Positions 25,706 through 39,700 of a stretch of DNA of 64,000 nt are shown here, piece by piece (within the stretch, counting starts at the first letter, position 1; every line of letters starts with the position of its first letter). The notes beneath the pieces are model-generated. The model saw only the letters and a list, made by a program, of their open reading frames with translations. It was not told the origin of the DNA and searched no databases. Source of the stretch: Botryllus schlosseri (taxonomy: Eukaryota); the NCBI GenBank assembly GCA_051294905.1, contig CM119373.1:23188001-23252000 (forward strand), in the 5' to 3' direction. The translations under genes were made by a program, and so were the position numbers.

Positions 25706-26330
25706 ATGGCTGAAGCACCGTCGACGTCAAGTGAGTTACTCACTAAGACGCAGAAAAAGAGTGACGTGTGGAAGGATTTCACTCTGATGTTGCATGATAA
25801 TAACGGCCAGTATACTGGGTTTGCGAGATGTCAAAATTGCAATGCTCAGCTAAAGCATCACAAGTTGACAAGTGGTACGTCGCATCTTCGAAGACATATC
25901 GAAGCTTGTAAGAAGAATTGATCGCAGTTGAAATGCAAGTAAGCGAGTAATCAAAGGAGAAGGTGATCATGGGGAACACTGATCGCCGGGTGGAGAATAC
26001 CGAAGAAGTGCCGGTTTGCCGTGGTGTTGTGCAGAAGACGTTTTGCCATCCAGATTTACGGTGAAACGTAAGTTCGATGAGGAGGCTTCATCTTTGAAGC
26101 AGAAGCTGTCAGAGGAACTAAGAGTTGCTATCAAGTGTTATGGGCTGGCTGGCATCACTACAGATATGTGGACCGATCTAAAGGGTCGCAGTTCTATTAG
26201 CTTGACTGTCCATTTTGTTGGAGAGAACTTGACTCTCAGAAGTAATGTTGCGACTGTTCGGCAATTCACGGATACTAAAAAAACTGGTATGAATATCAGA
26301 CAGGCTATCGAAAACATCGATTGGGATTCT
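25706..26330 (+). pseudogene. hAT transposase remnant (BED zinc finger plus start of catalytic domain)
   Basis: SDVWKDF..ARCQNC..HKLTSGTSHLRRHIEAC (BED finger), then after a stop/frameshift DVLPSRFTV..GITTDMWTD..ISLTVHF..TGMNIRQAI (Hermes-like). Truncated against the right subterminal repeats. Confidence 0.85.
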
Positions 26331-27950
26331 TCGACAATGATCTGAATATATTTCGGGGACTGGACAAGATTCTCCGGGTTATCTCGGAGTCTGGGATTGA
26401 GATCCCCGGAGTCGGAGGGACTTTGCCTCAGAGACCAAAGTTGTCGGAGGGACTCGGAGTCTCGAAAAGCAGACTCCGCTCATCACTGATTGTTCATGCA
26501 GTCAGAATTTCACCGATGAAGGTGATGCTAACTTACTCCCAAACTATTTTCTGCTTTTAAGAATACATATCATGAAAAAGACGTAGTTTTGTCTAAAACT
26601 GTTCAATAGGAGTACACGTATAGTACATTAGAGTGATTCGTACAGGCTTCAGTATAACGTAACTGTGGCAAAAATCACTTTGTAGCTGACGACCTCTTCT
26701 GTGAAGTCATAATAAGAGTGCTAGCAGCAAGTGCAGCAGAATGTGTGGAAACTTGCGTCACGTTTAGATGTAAATGAAACCCGAGAGGCGCATGAAGATT
26801 GTACCACGTTTCCTGGATATATTCCAGGCAGGGATTTTGTTACAATGTTACGAATGAGTTTTTCTGCAATGCCTTCGATCAACTTTGCAGACCTAGGGGG
26901 TTATCACTTTTTTGGGAAATTATTCCCGCATGGCGTAATTTTCATGCAGTGTCCGGTAAAAATGTAATTTTTGGCGGTCTCGCTAGACCGTCCATGAAAT
27001 AGCAAGTAACAAATTTGACAGCCATGCAGGAACCAGGTTAATTAACGAGCATCTCATGCCCGAATAGTTCAACAAACATTATAAATTCCACTTTGTACTG
27101 CAATTTTTGTTAAAATGAAGTGCAACTTTTTCGCGATTGTAGTGCAACAAAAACTTGCCCTAATGATCACAACGAGAAAGCGCGTGTTGAAGCAGTAATT
27201 CGTCTTTTACCTTATTGATGAAAAGGGGCTCCGAGTAAATAGCTTGTGTTGCGGCAATCGTTTCCTGAACCGGTCTGGATTTCCAATCGAAGTCCGCAAA
27301 ACCTTCTGGGCATATTTTAGGCACTTTATGATAGTGAAAGATTTCGCGTCCCACTCATGGTCATATCACAGAATGCAACGGATAGTTTGATGGCATCGAG
27401 ATTATTGGCGTTGATGAGAGAGTTGGGAGGATCAAAGTCTTGATAGTTAAAAGCTCTGCTGTTATCTGTGGACGACTTGGGTTTCTGCGAGCATTATTTA
27501 TTTTAAAAAACCATTTAGTGCACGGAACTTCACAATAACGCGTAAAAATAACTTCATTTTGTTAATTTATTCGCTAAAAGCTTTTCAACTGACTCTCATC
27601 AGTAGCGTCAGCCAGTAATAGGGTGAATCAATCTCGAAATGTGTGAACTATTTTGTCTTTAGATGTAATAATAACAAAACAAACAACTAGTAGACAGGCA
27701 AGATACGGCAGTAACGATGCATAACTAACGTCAGCGAGTACATATTTGGTTGAAACTGAGAACAACAACAAAGAACATTTATGAAATATTACAAGAGTGT
27801 AGAAGCGTACTTTCTGGCGACAAAGAATCGGCTTTCGCAGCTTTAAGATCGTAGATTACAGGACCTTCAAATGAAAAAGAGAAAGGCCACGAAAAACAAT
27901 AGAAAATTTACGGCCTAAGTAATGATTAGCGCATTCAGGATGGCTTAAAA

Positions 27951-28813
27951 CAAGGATGTCAAACTCAACTTGCGTCGCGGGCCGGCGTCAAACCTTTAGG
28001 TCGCTCGCAGACCGCACCAGTCAAATTATCCCAAATGTTACCTCGAAATCCATAGCCACGTCTTGCATTTGAACACTTTAATATTTAACATTATAATATA
28101 TTACGGTTCGATGGGGGTTCCTAGCAACATGGTTATTCGCAAACCACCGAATTGGCTAAAATACGGTGTTTTGCCGGTTCAATGCATTTTTAATCGCTAA
28201 AACAGTGACTTACGGCGATTTAGATTGGCAAAGGTCTATGCTCCCATTGTTTTAGTCGCATTTCGGCGTTGGCCATGCGTACTGCGTAGCCTATGCGTCG
28301 TGAAAAATCCAAGAGTTTAACCGTAAATGCAGACGTTGGAATTTAGTTCATTATCAATAAATCGCGATATGAGTTTCTCCGGAGGCCGGGGACCTTTAAG
28401 TAAAAAGTGATGCCGCATTACGACCACGAATATTTGACTTATATTTTTGTGTAAATATTATATTCATCGTGTAACCTATGCATATAATGGTTTCGCACTG
28501 GAGATTTCGTGTCTGTGAAAAACTACCTTTTGGTAAACTTTCCATAGAACTCTGAATGAATTCACTCTTTCCTCATGGTGAGTAGGGTGAAACTAGTCGG
28601 ACTGTTATAATACGGCTTATAGATATGCTCGACATTTGCCGTCTTCAGGGAAAATTTTATTGAAAGTATTTCATACTAAAAATCTCACCATGTTTTAGAA
28701 ATGTGCTGGATAATTTACGCATTCTTCGATTTACTCGGTATTGTTCGCGGGCCGGATGAGATCATCTTGCGGGCAACAGCTATAAGGCCCGCGGCCGAAG
28801 TCTGACATCCCAG
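27951..28813. mobile_element. Degenerate hAT-type MITE
   Basis: CAAGGATGTCAAAC ... GTCTGACATCCCAG termini with GCGGGCCG subterminal motifs; no TSD seen. Confidence 0.45.
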
Positions 28814-28814
28814 G

Positions 28815-29690
28815 GTTTGTTTGTTTTGTTTTGTTTTTGGGGTATTCGTGGTGTTTGTCGACTTCTATGGTCATTTACACCAAGCCTATATTATTCTTAT
28901 TTTTCCGTAACTGCCGACTTATAGCACAGCCCACCTCTAGGCTTTTGTAAAACACCGCTGTCGCGGATGAGGTGGCGAGGACGACATCCGGGGTTAAAAG
29001 ATGCTGTCCAGCGGAATAGCCAGCAGTAACTTAATCATAATCACCCAGTTTGTCAGCAGAGAAATTGTAACAAAATCTGGCAGGGAAGTGTTTCGAAATC
29101 TCAAGTTCCATATACATAAACCTGCACATGGACCAGAGTAGCGGTTCGTAACCAGGTCTTGGTATCACTAGGAATTGGCGCCGTGTGTTTGTGTTGAGAG
29201 GATGGTCACTCGTTAAAGCAGGTTTCGGCAAACCTAGGATTACCATATTTTAGAATCGGGAAAGGAGGAAACGTTTACCAAATCAGAAAAGTAAATTGAT
29301 GAAGACTGAAAACAGCCGATTATGCTATTTGTGCTGAAAAATTTTTTGTGTTGACTAAAAAGAAAAGGTCATCACTTGCCATCGACTCACGAATGACCCG
29401 CTCGAACGTCTGTATTTTAGCGTCATTTATGCCCGCTTCCAGTCGAATCTGTATAATATCCATTATTGTAGCTGTAAAAGCTGTGAAGGAGAACGAATCG
29501 CCAAAAAGGAGGACATTTAGGCGTCCTAGGAGCACATTTTCAAAAACCCCAAAAAGGACGCCAAATCCTCCCAAAAGAGGACGTATGGTAGTAACCCTAG
29601 GCAATCCTCGGTTCGCAAGCCGCATGCAGCTCTCTTTGTGTAACGGCACTTCGTATGTTTGAAGCAAAATTAATGTATATTGCATGAATT
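28815..29690 (-). mobile_element. Decayed LINE 3' end (ORF2 C-terminus, 3' UTR, AAAC tail)
   Basis: After removing the 29235-29599 MITE, the minus strand reads ..RLANRGLPKPALTSDHPLNTNTRRQFLVIPRPG/TNRYS..AGLCIWNL, resembling the ORF2 C-terminal H-NTR..P..TN..G..IWN-L motif. A 3' UTR and (AAAC)n tail follow. Confidence 0.6.
29235..29599. mobile_element. hAT-type MITE (TAGGG-like termini, AGGAC repeats)
   Basis: TAGGATTACCATA / TATGGTAGTAACCCTA; TSD GGCAAACC/GGCAATCC. Confidence 0.7.
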
Positions 29691-29748
29691 ATTTTTATGA
29701 AATATTACTTCGTTTTAAACAGCTTCTTTGAGGTACAGAACTTCAATA

Positions 29749-30076
29749 TACAATTGAATAGCATATTCATATTAAAATGAACCCGAATATTTTCGGCTGA
29801 CACTCGTCAGGGGTAATCGTCAGCAACTAGTAGAGAATTCGAAAGAACAGCGTATATCAACAATCGTAGCACAAAATATGACGTCACCAGCACGAAATGT
29901 CGAATACGAGAGCTCTCGTATTCGACATTTCGTGCTGGTGACGTCATATTTTGTGCTACGATTGTTGATATACGCTGTTCTTTCGAATTCTCTACTAGTT
30001 GCTGACGATTACCCCTGACGAGTGTCAGCCGAAAATATTCGGGTTCATTTTAATATGAATATGCTATTCAATTGTA
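29749..30076. repeat. Perfect 328-bp palindrome (164-bp arms, no spacer)
   Basis: Base-for-base reverse complement around GAGAG|CTCTC (29912/29913); TA at both ends. Confidence 0.97.
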
Positions 30077-30725
30077 CTTCGTTTTAGAGATTATCGTTTC
30101 TCCGTAAAGTTTTAGTGTATTTCATGCTGTTGCATGGCAAACTAACAAGCCGCTCGACTTTTATTGTGAATATCAAAGTCATGCCAGTGACTTTCCGATA
30201 GTATGTAGAATTTGCCCGCGAAGTAGGGGTCCTTGCGGCTGAATCATTGCTTAGATATCCCTGTATGCAATAAATTTATTTAATTCCAATAACGAATTGC
30301 ATGTATAGTGTGTGGTCGTGAACAGAATATTTTGAATACTTTACATATAAGGAGAAATATTGCTGGATATTATTCACCATCGAACCATTACATGATTTCT
30401 GCAATTTTCCTTCGTCAATACCGTTACCATCAAACCCCCACAATATGCCAGTTTGCCAGTACCGTATTCAGCCACCGTCTCAGCCAACTCTCTATAAGCA
30501 ACATGCGGTGTTCCGCTCATATCACGCACAACATAAATTCCAAACGGCAAATACAGAACATTCTGAAAGCCTCGGGATCCACACATGGAATCATAAGCAG
30601 TCTATCAGTGAGATAACGAGAATAGGATATGGAGTTACATCCGGAATCCAATCACCGTATTGCAGTGTGTATACACCAGGGCTAGAGTGCGGAAGCAAGA
30701 GTAAGCTTACTTGAGACGATACAAT

Positions 30726-30783
30726 ATGCGCATAATCTACCTCACGCTCTTGCTAGTGATTGGAACAGCGACTAGATGTTCAG
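30726..30783 (+). CDS. FReD copy 1 exon 1 (signal peptide)
   Basis: [19 protein letters not shown] + G|gtgggg; conserved in the paralog at 48070. Confidence 0.8.
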
Positions 30784-33700
30784 GTGGGGGCTATGACTTT
30801 CGATATGACCGGAAACCACATTACGGTGTTGGAAGTGGTCCCTGCTACAGAAATAGAAATAAAATCGAAACTTCCGCTGAACTGTATCGGACCGTATTGT
30901 TGAACTACAAACGCAATTGCCAAATTCGTATATGTAATGGAAAAAGGCTTTGGTGGATAAATTGAATTGCAATTAATGCACATACAACAACTGATTCATT
31001 TCTAATTCTTAACCAGTGTTCTGGTCTCATGTATTCTCTCGAGATCACGACACGCACTTGAATCATACATGTGATTTGTGATGATACGTCCGTCTTGACC
31101 ATCATTGGTTGCAGGCAATTAAGCCCGAAAAGTAGTGAAATTGTGACTGCTATAGTGGTACGTCGTGTGTATTGGCGTACGCAGTGTAGGTTGTGATTCG
31201 AAATCGAGACACTTCCTTCAGAAAGGCCCATCGTAACACCAATACTTTTATAAGCTAAGTGGTGATCAAACTATTGGCGTTTCGACCTAACAATACGACG
31301 ACGCTTTTTAAGGTGATACTTCGCATTACTTAACTGGTTTATCTGAAAGGAACAGTAGAAGTATCACGGTTCCGCAATATATAATAATTATGATGTTTTA
31401 GTTCGGTGTGAAAATTATATTTTAATGGTTTTGTTCTTTTAACACCCAGTTGATGCACAGTTCATGATGTGCACCAGTGATATAGTCAAATATTAGTTTT
31501 GTATTCTCAAAGATTTTTGGTTTCATGACTTATCGAAAATTTGGGGCTCCGCGAAGGCGTACAGATTAACGAAAGTGTTGCGCAGGCTCATGAAGGTTGC
31601 GAACCACCGCTCTAGTGCTATGCGTTCCAATTCCTGATGGAAAGTAAGGATCGTGAAATGGGCAAATTTTTTCTTTGATACTAAAAAGACACCTTGCGCG
31701 GTCGTAATTGATAAAATTGTTGAACTAATCATATTGTCGCTTATAGCACAATTCTGCATCAAACGCTTTGTTGGTGGGAAATGGATCACAAAAGGAGATT
31801 GTGGGGTGAGGAATAATAATCACTTATCTATGACACGGTTACATAGAATCATTGTACTTTCGAAATAGAGAAAAAGGACCATCGCCGACGCGACGCGAGA
31901 GATTCAGACTGCGTCAAAAGCGGGAAATTATGTGGCTCCAGGTGCGATAGAATATTTTTTCACCCGATTGCCAGACTTTCCCGCATACGAAATAATGCCA
32001 AGCGACAGATTATCATACGACTTCATAGTACTAACCGTAATCGAGAACCGAACCCTAACCTTTGCCCATATGTTGAAGTGTCAAATGCTAGAGTTTCGTA
32101 TGTTATCGTGTCACTTGCACATGTCTGCAGGTTGGTTTTATCATCGAATATGTGCTCCCATACTTGCTGTGACCATGCTTCACAAGTCAAATCCATCATA
32201 TTTTTATCTCGTATAGCAACATATTCTCAAATTTTTTTGAGCTAGATCCAGATCTGAGTTTTATTAATATCACGCGACCCAATCATCACGCCATGAAAAA
32301 ATGCATTTGAAATGATAGTATGCTGCGTGTTTACGGGCATTTGTGAAACAGAGAAGGTACAGAAAACCAGCTGTGCGCTAAGCAATTGCACGAAGCATGA
32401 TTTATTGCAAAATGTAATTGATTCAGTGAGGTTGATGTCACTGTAATTTCTCCCTTATAGCATTTTCAACGCACGGAAAAATTGTACTCCTAGCCTTTTT
32501 ACAGTCACGAACTCTTTTCAGCGAATTTTCAAGCTTACGAACCCCAAAATCACTGAAATAGGCGATTGATGTTACAAAAACTAAATACCAATATGTGCCA
32601 TTAGCGTGCATAAAGTTGGTATGGTTGGATAAGGACTTTCATAAGTTCTTTTTTTCTGCGACTACCTTTATCAGCTATAGCCTATATGGAAATAGCGAAT
32701 AGCCCGCTATAGTTGGGAAACATTATTGTGATATCGTTTTATCATCCTCTAATCGAACACTAACTCTCTCCTCGTATGCTCTATAGCCGTCAATTACCCG
32801 CGCAAGTTAGAGCTTTCCAGATACAAATCTAGCCAGCTTCCGTAACAACGCTTCTAAGCGTCTCATTTATTTGCCATAGTAGGCATACCCGTCATATTGC
32901 ACGCGGAAATAGATAAATTATACAGAGAACAACATAATGAAGTTTTGCAAGCCATCCCACAAATATTACATACATTGAATGATCGTTTTGGTGAGTTTGC
33001 GACTCAAATATATACGCTACGTTACCAACGTGGGTGATAACCACCGGCATAAGATTTCAAATTGAAGCACGACAGACCACGAACCGGCGATTCGAGTTGG
33101 TCGTGGCTTGCTTTGATTTCTAAAACCGAATAATATATCAGATGAACAATCATTGGCTCCTGTGATTCCCATATCATCTCGTCGTGATCTCCCTAAACGC
33201 GACGAGAGCGACGTGATCACTGCCAACCCAAAGCACGACATTTGCCGCAACGTTTCGTTCGATCCTGCCGGATCGTCAAATGCCACTGGAGGCGTTTACG
33301 AGTACAAAGTGCCAGGAGTCGGCATGAAAGAATTGTATTGTGACACGAAAACCGATGGCGGAAACTGGATAGTGAGTATAGCTAATAAAGCACGAGGATA
33401 TTGAAGAGTATTTTGTATTTTGAGTACACAGCCACGTCGTGTTGTGACTTGAGCTGTCTATTATGCGTTGTAGAGCAAACACGTGACTTCGTGACTGATT
33501 TTTGTTTTAAATGATACATATTCCCAGCCATAAAACAACTGACGAAATTCTAAATGCCAAAGTCCTTATATGCTTATTCCAACTTAAATACACAAGGTCA
33601 ATATAACAATACGACTGTAAAAACATGATCATGATTTTGATACGACAAATGGTGCTCCCTTGTCCCTATATACAAATGCGCGGTTCCAAAATGAATCATG

Positions 33701-36700
33701 CACATGTAGTTGTCGATTGGAAAAGCCTATATTCGTTCGTCATAAACAACCAGAACTTGCGCAGAGTGGAGTCGGTGAATGGGAAATTTTTGCGGCATCA
33801 GTCAATACGATCTAGCGATGCGATGCCGCGCTCTTTGTCTTATTGACATACAATCAGAAGTGACCAAACTATTCATTGTGCTACAAGTTTAGTACAAGGA
33901 AGGATGACTTAAATTTCTACTCAATCACACGTGAAAATAGCAATTTCACTCTAGGCATGAATCTATGTATGTAAATATGTGCACAAGTAAGAATGATATT
34001 AGGGAGTGAATATGCTCGAGAAAAAATGACCAACTGCGACTGACTGCTGCTGCGATACCGAAGCCCACTAATCGACTCGATATATGCATGTTTCACATAC
34101 ACACACACATACGCACACATAGCGATTGAAAAGGCCGGCAGACACTTTTGGCTGACGGCCTTTCCTACCTAAGAGGGGCTTCAATTTTCAATACAGAATG
34201 AAACCAACATCCTCCCGACAAAGAAATGTTTAGGAAAGTGATCGAAGCTGATAGAAACATATCGGCGACAACCAGAGGTGGTCAGTAACGAAGTACTTCT
34301 ACTTTTTGGAAGTACTCGAGTAGTTTTCCTATACTTCTGGTACTTACTCAAGTAGATCAGATTTTCTCTACTTCTACTTCTACTTCGTATTATTTTGTGA
34401 TCTACTTACTTACTTTTCGCCATTTACAGTTTGTCAAGTAGAAGTAGTTTGATACCCCAATACGAAGGATAGCCTGAGGAATGTCGAGGCTGTTTTCTCG
34501 GAGAACCAACATTTAATATTCATAAAAGTAAAATAAAGCCCAGAAATTTTGTGGCGCTTCGCGCACAGTAGTTATTGGGTGACAAATATGTTTTCACGAA
34601 AGTATCCGTGAATATAATTTAGGTAGCGGATTGCTTGGTTCCGCTCACACCGCATTGTTGCCTATATCAAATATTTCATCACAGTGAATATGGCCCACCA
34701 TAACGTTTGAAACTATACTGTTTTGCAATCTAGCAATTACCTATCATGTCGTAATCTAGCAGCCCATGACGTGTCCCGCTAATCTGGAAAATCCGGGTTT
34801 TTGGTACGTTACACCTGTTTTAGCAGATCACATTTGAAGCTTTAGGGACAAAAGACATAGAATATATTTTCGGCTTTTTGTTTTTGTATTTGTATTTCAC
34901 TTTCAATTCTGAGTATCATATACTTCGAGTTCTAATTACTTTCAGTTCTTTTGTCTGCAGAACATACACTTTGAAGCATGAATGCAAGTGTATAGTAATG
35001 CCTTTATTTTCCGAAAATAAAGCTTCACTAAATATTACTTTTACGATTCATAATATTTGTTATGAACGTATACTAATCGCGCAAATTGATGAAACGGTTC
35101 CGATATAACTTGTACGTATTGCTCTTTGCCTGAACTTGGGGTCTTATAATATGAGGTAGAGCGCCATGCCATGCTATCCTCGAAAAAGGGGTATTCTAGC
35201 AAACAAAGGTTTAGTATCGCATTTTCATTTCAATACTATAATCTGCATTCCATGAGGCGAAAGAATGCTTATTCTGTCGAAAATTGATACCTCCTGGGAT
35301 GCATCAATACGATTCAAGCTCTCTGCCCCTCCCGCATAGCTCAATTCGCAGCTTTTGACAGTTCATGCGAACGAATTAGGACTGTTTTCAAAACTGCTTA
35401 CTTACTTGAGTAGATTTAAAGTCAGACAATTCAACTTCTACTTCAAGTAGTTTTATGTGGCTTATGAAAAAGTACTTCTACTCGTACTTGAGTAGATTTT
35501 TTCATCGCTACTTCTACTTCTACTTGAGTAGCTTTCTTGACTATTTTGACCACCTCTGGCGACAACAGGGAAATGCCTAGTCATTGTACTAAATCCACGG
35601 ATTAGGGATTCAACGATTTCGAAATCCTTTGAATATACTCGAGAACCCTATTTTTTGACGGGAGATAAATCTACTTTTCAATCTCTGGATTGGTCAACAC
35701 ACGATTAGGCTGTGAATCCAGCATACTCAGCATGTTGAACTCCACGACATCCAAGACAATTTTTGACCAGTCATGGACCCCGCAAAACTAGTCCGCAGAC
35801 TCCAATTTATGACCTTCTGCTTTGGTCAGGGCTTTGGAGCTGGAGCCGGAGCCCGGAGCCGGAGCCGTGCATTTTCATCGGAGCTGGAGCCAGAGCCGGA
35901 GCTGGAGCCCGTTATATGAGGAGTAGCTCCGGCTCCGACGTAAGACATAAGATGCTATTATATATGCAACAACCACATCTGCTGGTTTATCATAATTGAA
36001 CAGCAGGCCTGTATTTTAATGCTGTGCACAGCAATGGCATAGAGCAGCGCTTTTCAACCTGTGTGACGGTTCGAATGAAGGAGGTGGTGCGAGCAGTGCG
36101 AATGAAAATCCGGATCAAGTGCGAATGAAAATCGTGAATAATTGTTAATTTTTCTGGCGTGGAATAATTCAAATGAACCTAATAGGAAATTTAATGTCGG
36201 TTTAACTTTTGCAGAGGCGACGCAATTGTAAAAACTTGTTCAACTTACGACGTACCACTAATCGTAGCTATAACAAGCCGTAGTGAATTAATATTTTCCC
36301 ACGATAATTATTACGTAACCAAAAGCCTGGTTTGGAAGCTGGTGTAGTGGCAGACATACAGCATATCAGCCCGCGACAGGCTGCAAAAGGCTGTAGAAAT
36401 GACGTCAAATTCACTTTCTGCTTTCTTTCGCTTAACAATCATCATATTTTCGTAATAACTGTTCGATTAGCGCGAGGGATGCGGATAGTAGTAAATACCA
36501 TCATTACAGACTCACATTTGCAAGTTACGATAACGCCAATTTTTACCTCTTCAAGGCTAATAAAGTATAAACCGCAAAGGGTATAGTTTTGGGTCGACAC
36601 GGTGTCAGAGCTATCTGTTAACATCTGTGTAATATTTGTTGAATTTATTCCAAAAAAACCTGCGAGTTTCTTACATATCCGAGGTCACTGTGTTGGGTAC

Positions 36701-39700
36701 TGTAGCCAATAAGCGAGACACGCAGATAATATGGCTTTATCATGAGAATTCATGATAAGATTTGTCCGACTGGTTTTTCTGGAAAACATGGTTGAGAACG
36801 GTTGGGATGAACTAGAGTGGGGGTGTGCAACAAGCGAGTTCTGGCTTATGAGATTCATTCATTTCGAGGCCAACCCCTTCTGCGTCGGGGCATATGAAGA
36901 CGTAAAGTTTTGGCCAATAAACCGCCGATAAAATGCGGTGTCAAAAATATAAGAGGCGACAAAACCTTGGTCTAAAAATGACTGATGCGGGATGGCCAAA
37001 CTTTTCGATACGGATATGCTAGGTTTAGGGCACGGAATAGTCTCGTTCTTGCAATCATGAGTAGACAGTGGTACAATTGCGAAACGCAGAGGAATTTGCC
37101 CTAATTTGAAATCCCATGCGTCAGACATGTTTTGTAGAGCTGTGTTGGGTAGATTTATGGTGTGGGCGTTCTGTATGTCATACATGTCCGTAAAATCGTA
37201 GCATACAATGTAATCTTAAAAATGAACTCCTTTGCATGGGTGAAGCTTGGTTCGCGAGATGCCACAAAATCTCAAATTTTGGTGGTAGTATAATAGTTGC
37301 TGTACCGTTATTAAGTAGCTGTTATGAATTCTCCAGTTAGATTGAGCTGAAGAGCAAAACACACAGTGTCGTGAGTTTGTTTGCTCTTCTCATTTGCTCG
37401 CGAGCAGCACCGTAACTGCCGCACCCCAAACCCCCCAATTGGGGGGGGCCCGAGCTCGACGGGGGCCCAAAATTATTTCGTGAATTAGCCAAAATCATAG
37501 AGTATTTTTTGAAAATTTATGCAATTTTTCAAAATTTTTTCGCGCTGCGCGCGAATTCACGTAGCCGTTTATCATTCCTGTTGGGTATTGGGCCATTACC
37601 GTGCCACGACCAACCAAGACATAAAATCAAGTTTTAGGCCATATAACATGCGACTCCAAAAAGTGTGCCAGAACGATTGGCAGCGAGAAAAGCTTGGCCG
37701 AAAAGGTCTATGCCCTTATGCAGATCAAAGACTTCGCTATATATACAAAATACATATAGGTTAAATTGTCCATAGGCGCCTAAATGACTGGCGCCGAATG
37801 TTTCTGTCTTTGCAATCTGAACCTCACAAGACAAATACCATCCCGCTGGGAAAAATTTTATGCCAGTGCAGAAATACCAATTTTAAATCGTGTGCTTCTC
37901 TTAGTTTAGAAGCCTACGTTTGGGCGGTTCTATATTTTTTGATATAGCAGACTTGAAGTCACGAAATAACATCATGTAACGAAGTCATATCAACGGTTCC
38001 GCCCGCCCGAAGATGTTTAATCATTATTTACGGGCCCTCTCGTTTTCAAGACACTTCACTCAGCTCTACCGGTAAATCTAATTACGTGAGTAGAGAGGAC
38101 AATAAATTGATAGCATATTATATATGCAGTCGCCGATCTGATTTACCGATTTTATCATAAATTATCGAAAATTTTCGCGCTTAGCGCTGGTTCTCAATAC
38201 CGTACGGGTAATTTCGTGACAAACGCGAACAACGTGATGGGGCCGGGTCGTTTTATTACCCTATGGGAGCCCAACACCCACGTTTTGGGGGCCTGACGAG
38301 GTGCTGTTTCGTTCCTGTCAACGGGTATACGCCCGAAGATGTTTAATTATTATTGAGTGGTCCTACCTTTTCAAACACACCTCACTCAGCTCTACCGGCA
38401 AATCTGATTACGTGAGTAGAGAGGACAATATATTGATAGCATATTATATATGCAGTCGCCGATCTGATTGACCGATTTTATAATAAATTATCGAAAATTT
38501 TCGCGCTTCGCGCTGGCTCACTATACAGTACGGGTAATTTCGTGACAAACGCGAACAACGTGATGGAGGGGGTCGTTTTATCACCCTATGGGAGCCCAAG
38601 ACCCACGTTTTTGGGGGCCTGACGAGGTGCTGTCTTGTTCCTGCCAACGGGTATACGCCCGAAGATGTTTAATTATTATTGAGTGGTCCTACCTTTTTAA
38701 ACACACCTCACTCAGCTCTACCGGCAAATCTGATTACGTGAGCAGAGAGAAGATAAAAATTGATAACAATGTATGCAATTCCCGATCATACTGACCGATG
38801 AAATCATGAATTCTAGAAATTTTGCGCGCGTCGCGCGCTTAGGCGACAAAAGCTGACTCACTAAAGAAACTCCCAATGAATATGATGAATAGTGGTAAAC
38901 AGTGTATCGCCGAAGGGGGGTCTGGGGGGCGAAGCCCCCCAGACGTTAGATCTATAACACTATGGGGGGCCCAAGACCAAAGTTTTGGGGGGGCCTGACG
39001 AAGTGCTGTTACGGCCCTGCTCGCGAGGCAGAAGTTGAAGCAACGTATCATAAGGTAGAGAGCTTTAATTTGCCTACTCTCCTTGAGCGTTTTGCACCTT
39101 ATGTTCCAAGACATAAGGCAAAAGCCTCAGTACAAACATGTGGGCTTTTCACGCTTTCGACAAACTGGAGCCTCCGGGACCTTTGTGTCCGCCCTCAAAA
39201 ACGATTTTGGCCAGCAAGCATTTTTCACTCGCGAATAAAACGCTGTATTTCGGATAGGAGTGCAGAACAGACTTTAAGCCCTGACCATCCAAGCACTAGT
39301 AGACGTTCTTGTACAAAACCCAACAACTTGTTTGGCTGAGATGGGTTTTAGTAAAATAGTTGAAATCAAAACAAGAGAAAAAATTGCCTTTTTAATGAGA
39401 CACATGATTGATAGGTTAAGCTACATAGTAGCCAATTTGCTGCACACCTGAACAAAACGTTGTTAAGTATCTTCATCTTCATTCTGTATAACAATTGTCG
39501 ATTAGTTTGTGCGAATGAAATTTATTTTACAAAAAAGTGCGAATGGGGCTCAGAAAGGTTGAAAAGCACTGGCATAGAGTAAAGTGCGTTCTAGTGCAAC
39601 TATGATGTTATCGACAATTGACAAGTATTCATTATGACGTCACAAGCCGGCACGGCGGCACCTATGTCTTCGTTGCTACATCGGATGTTACTGACGGCTG

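Larger units (their letters stand above)
22012..26488 (+). mobile_element. Internally deleted Hermes/hobo-like hAT element carrying a LINE insertion
   Basis: TIRs CAGTGATGAGC / GCTCATCACTG; TSD TATGTTCA/ATTGTTCA (6/8); GGAGTC subterminal repeats at both ends; transposase remnant inside. Confidence 0.75.

Noticed and set aside
29348-29662. 104-aa K/R/P-rich ORF
   Set aside because: It is mostly the AGGAC-repeat MITE at 29235-29599 read through into a LINE fossil.
30711-30965. 84-aa single-exon secreted Cys-containing peptide ORF (also 47944-48156)
   Set aside because: Read-through of FReD exon 1 into intron 1; the paralog frame is disrupted right after the signal peptide.
38040-38830. Regularly spaced repeats suggestive of a CRISPR or other array
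   Set aside because: These are whole 326-bp tandem units inside a hAT element with no unique spacers and no cas genes; the context is eukaryotic.
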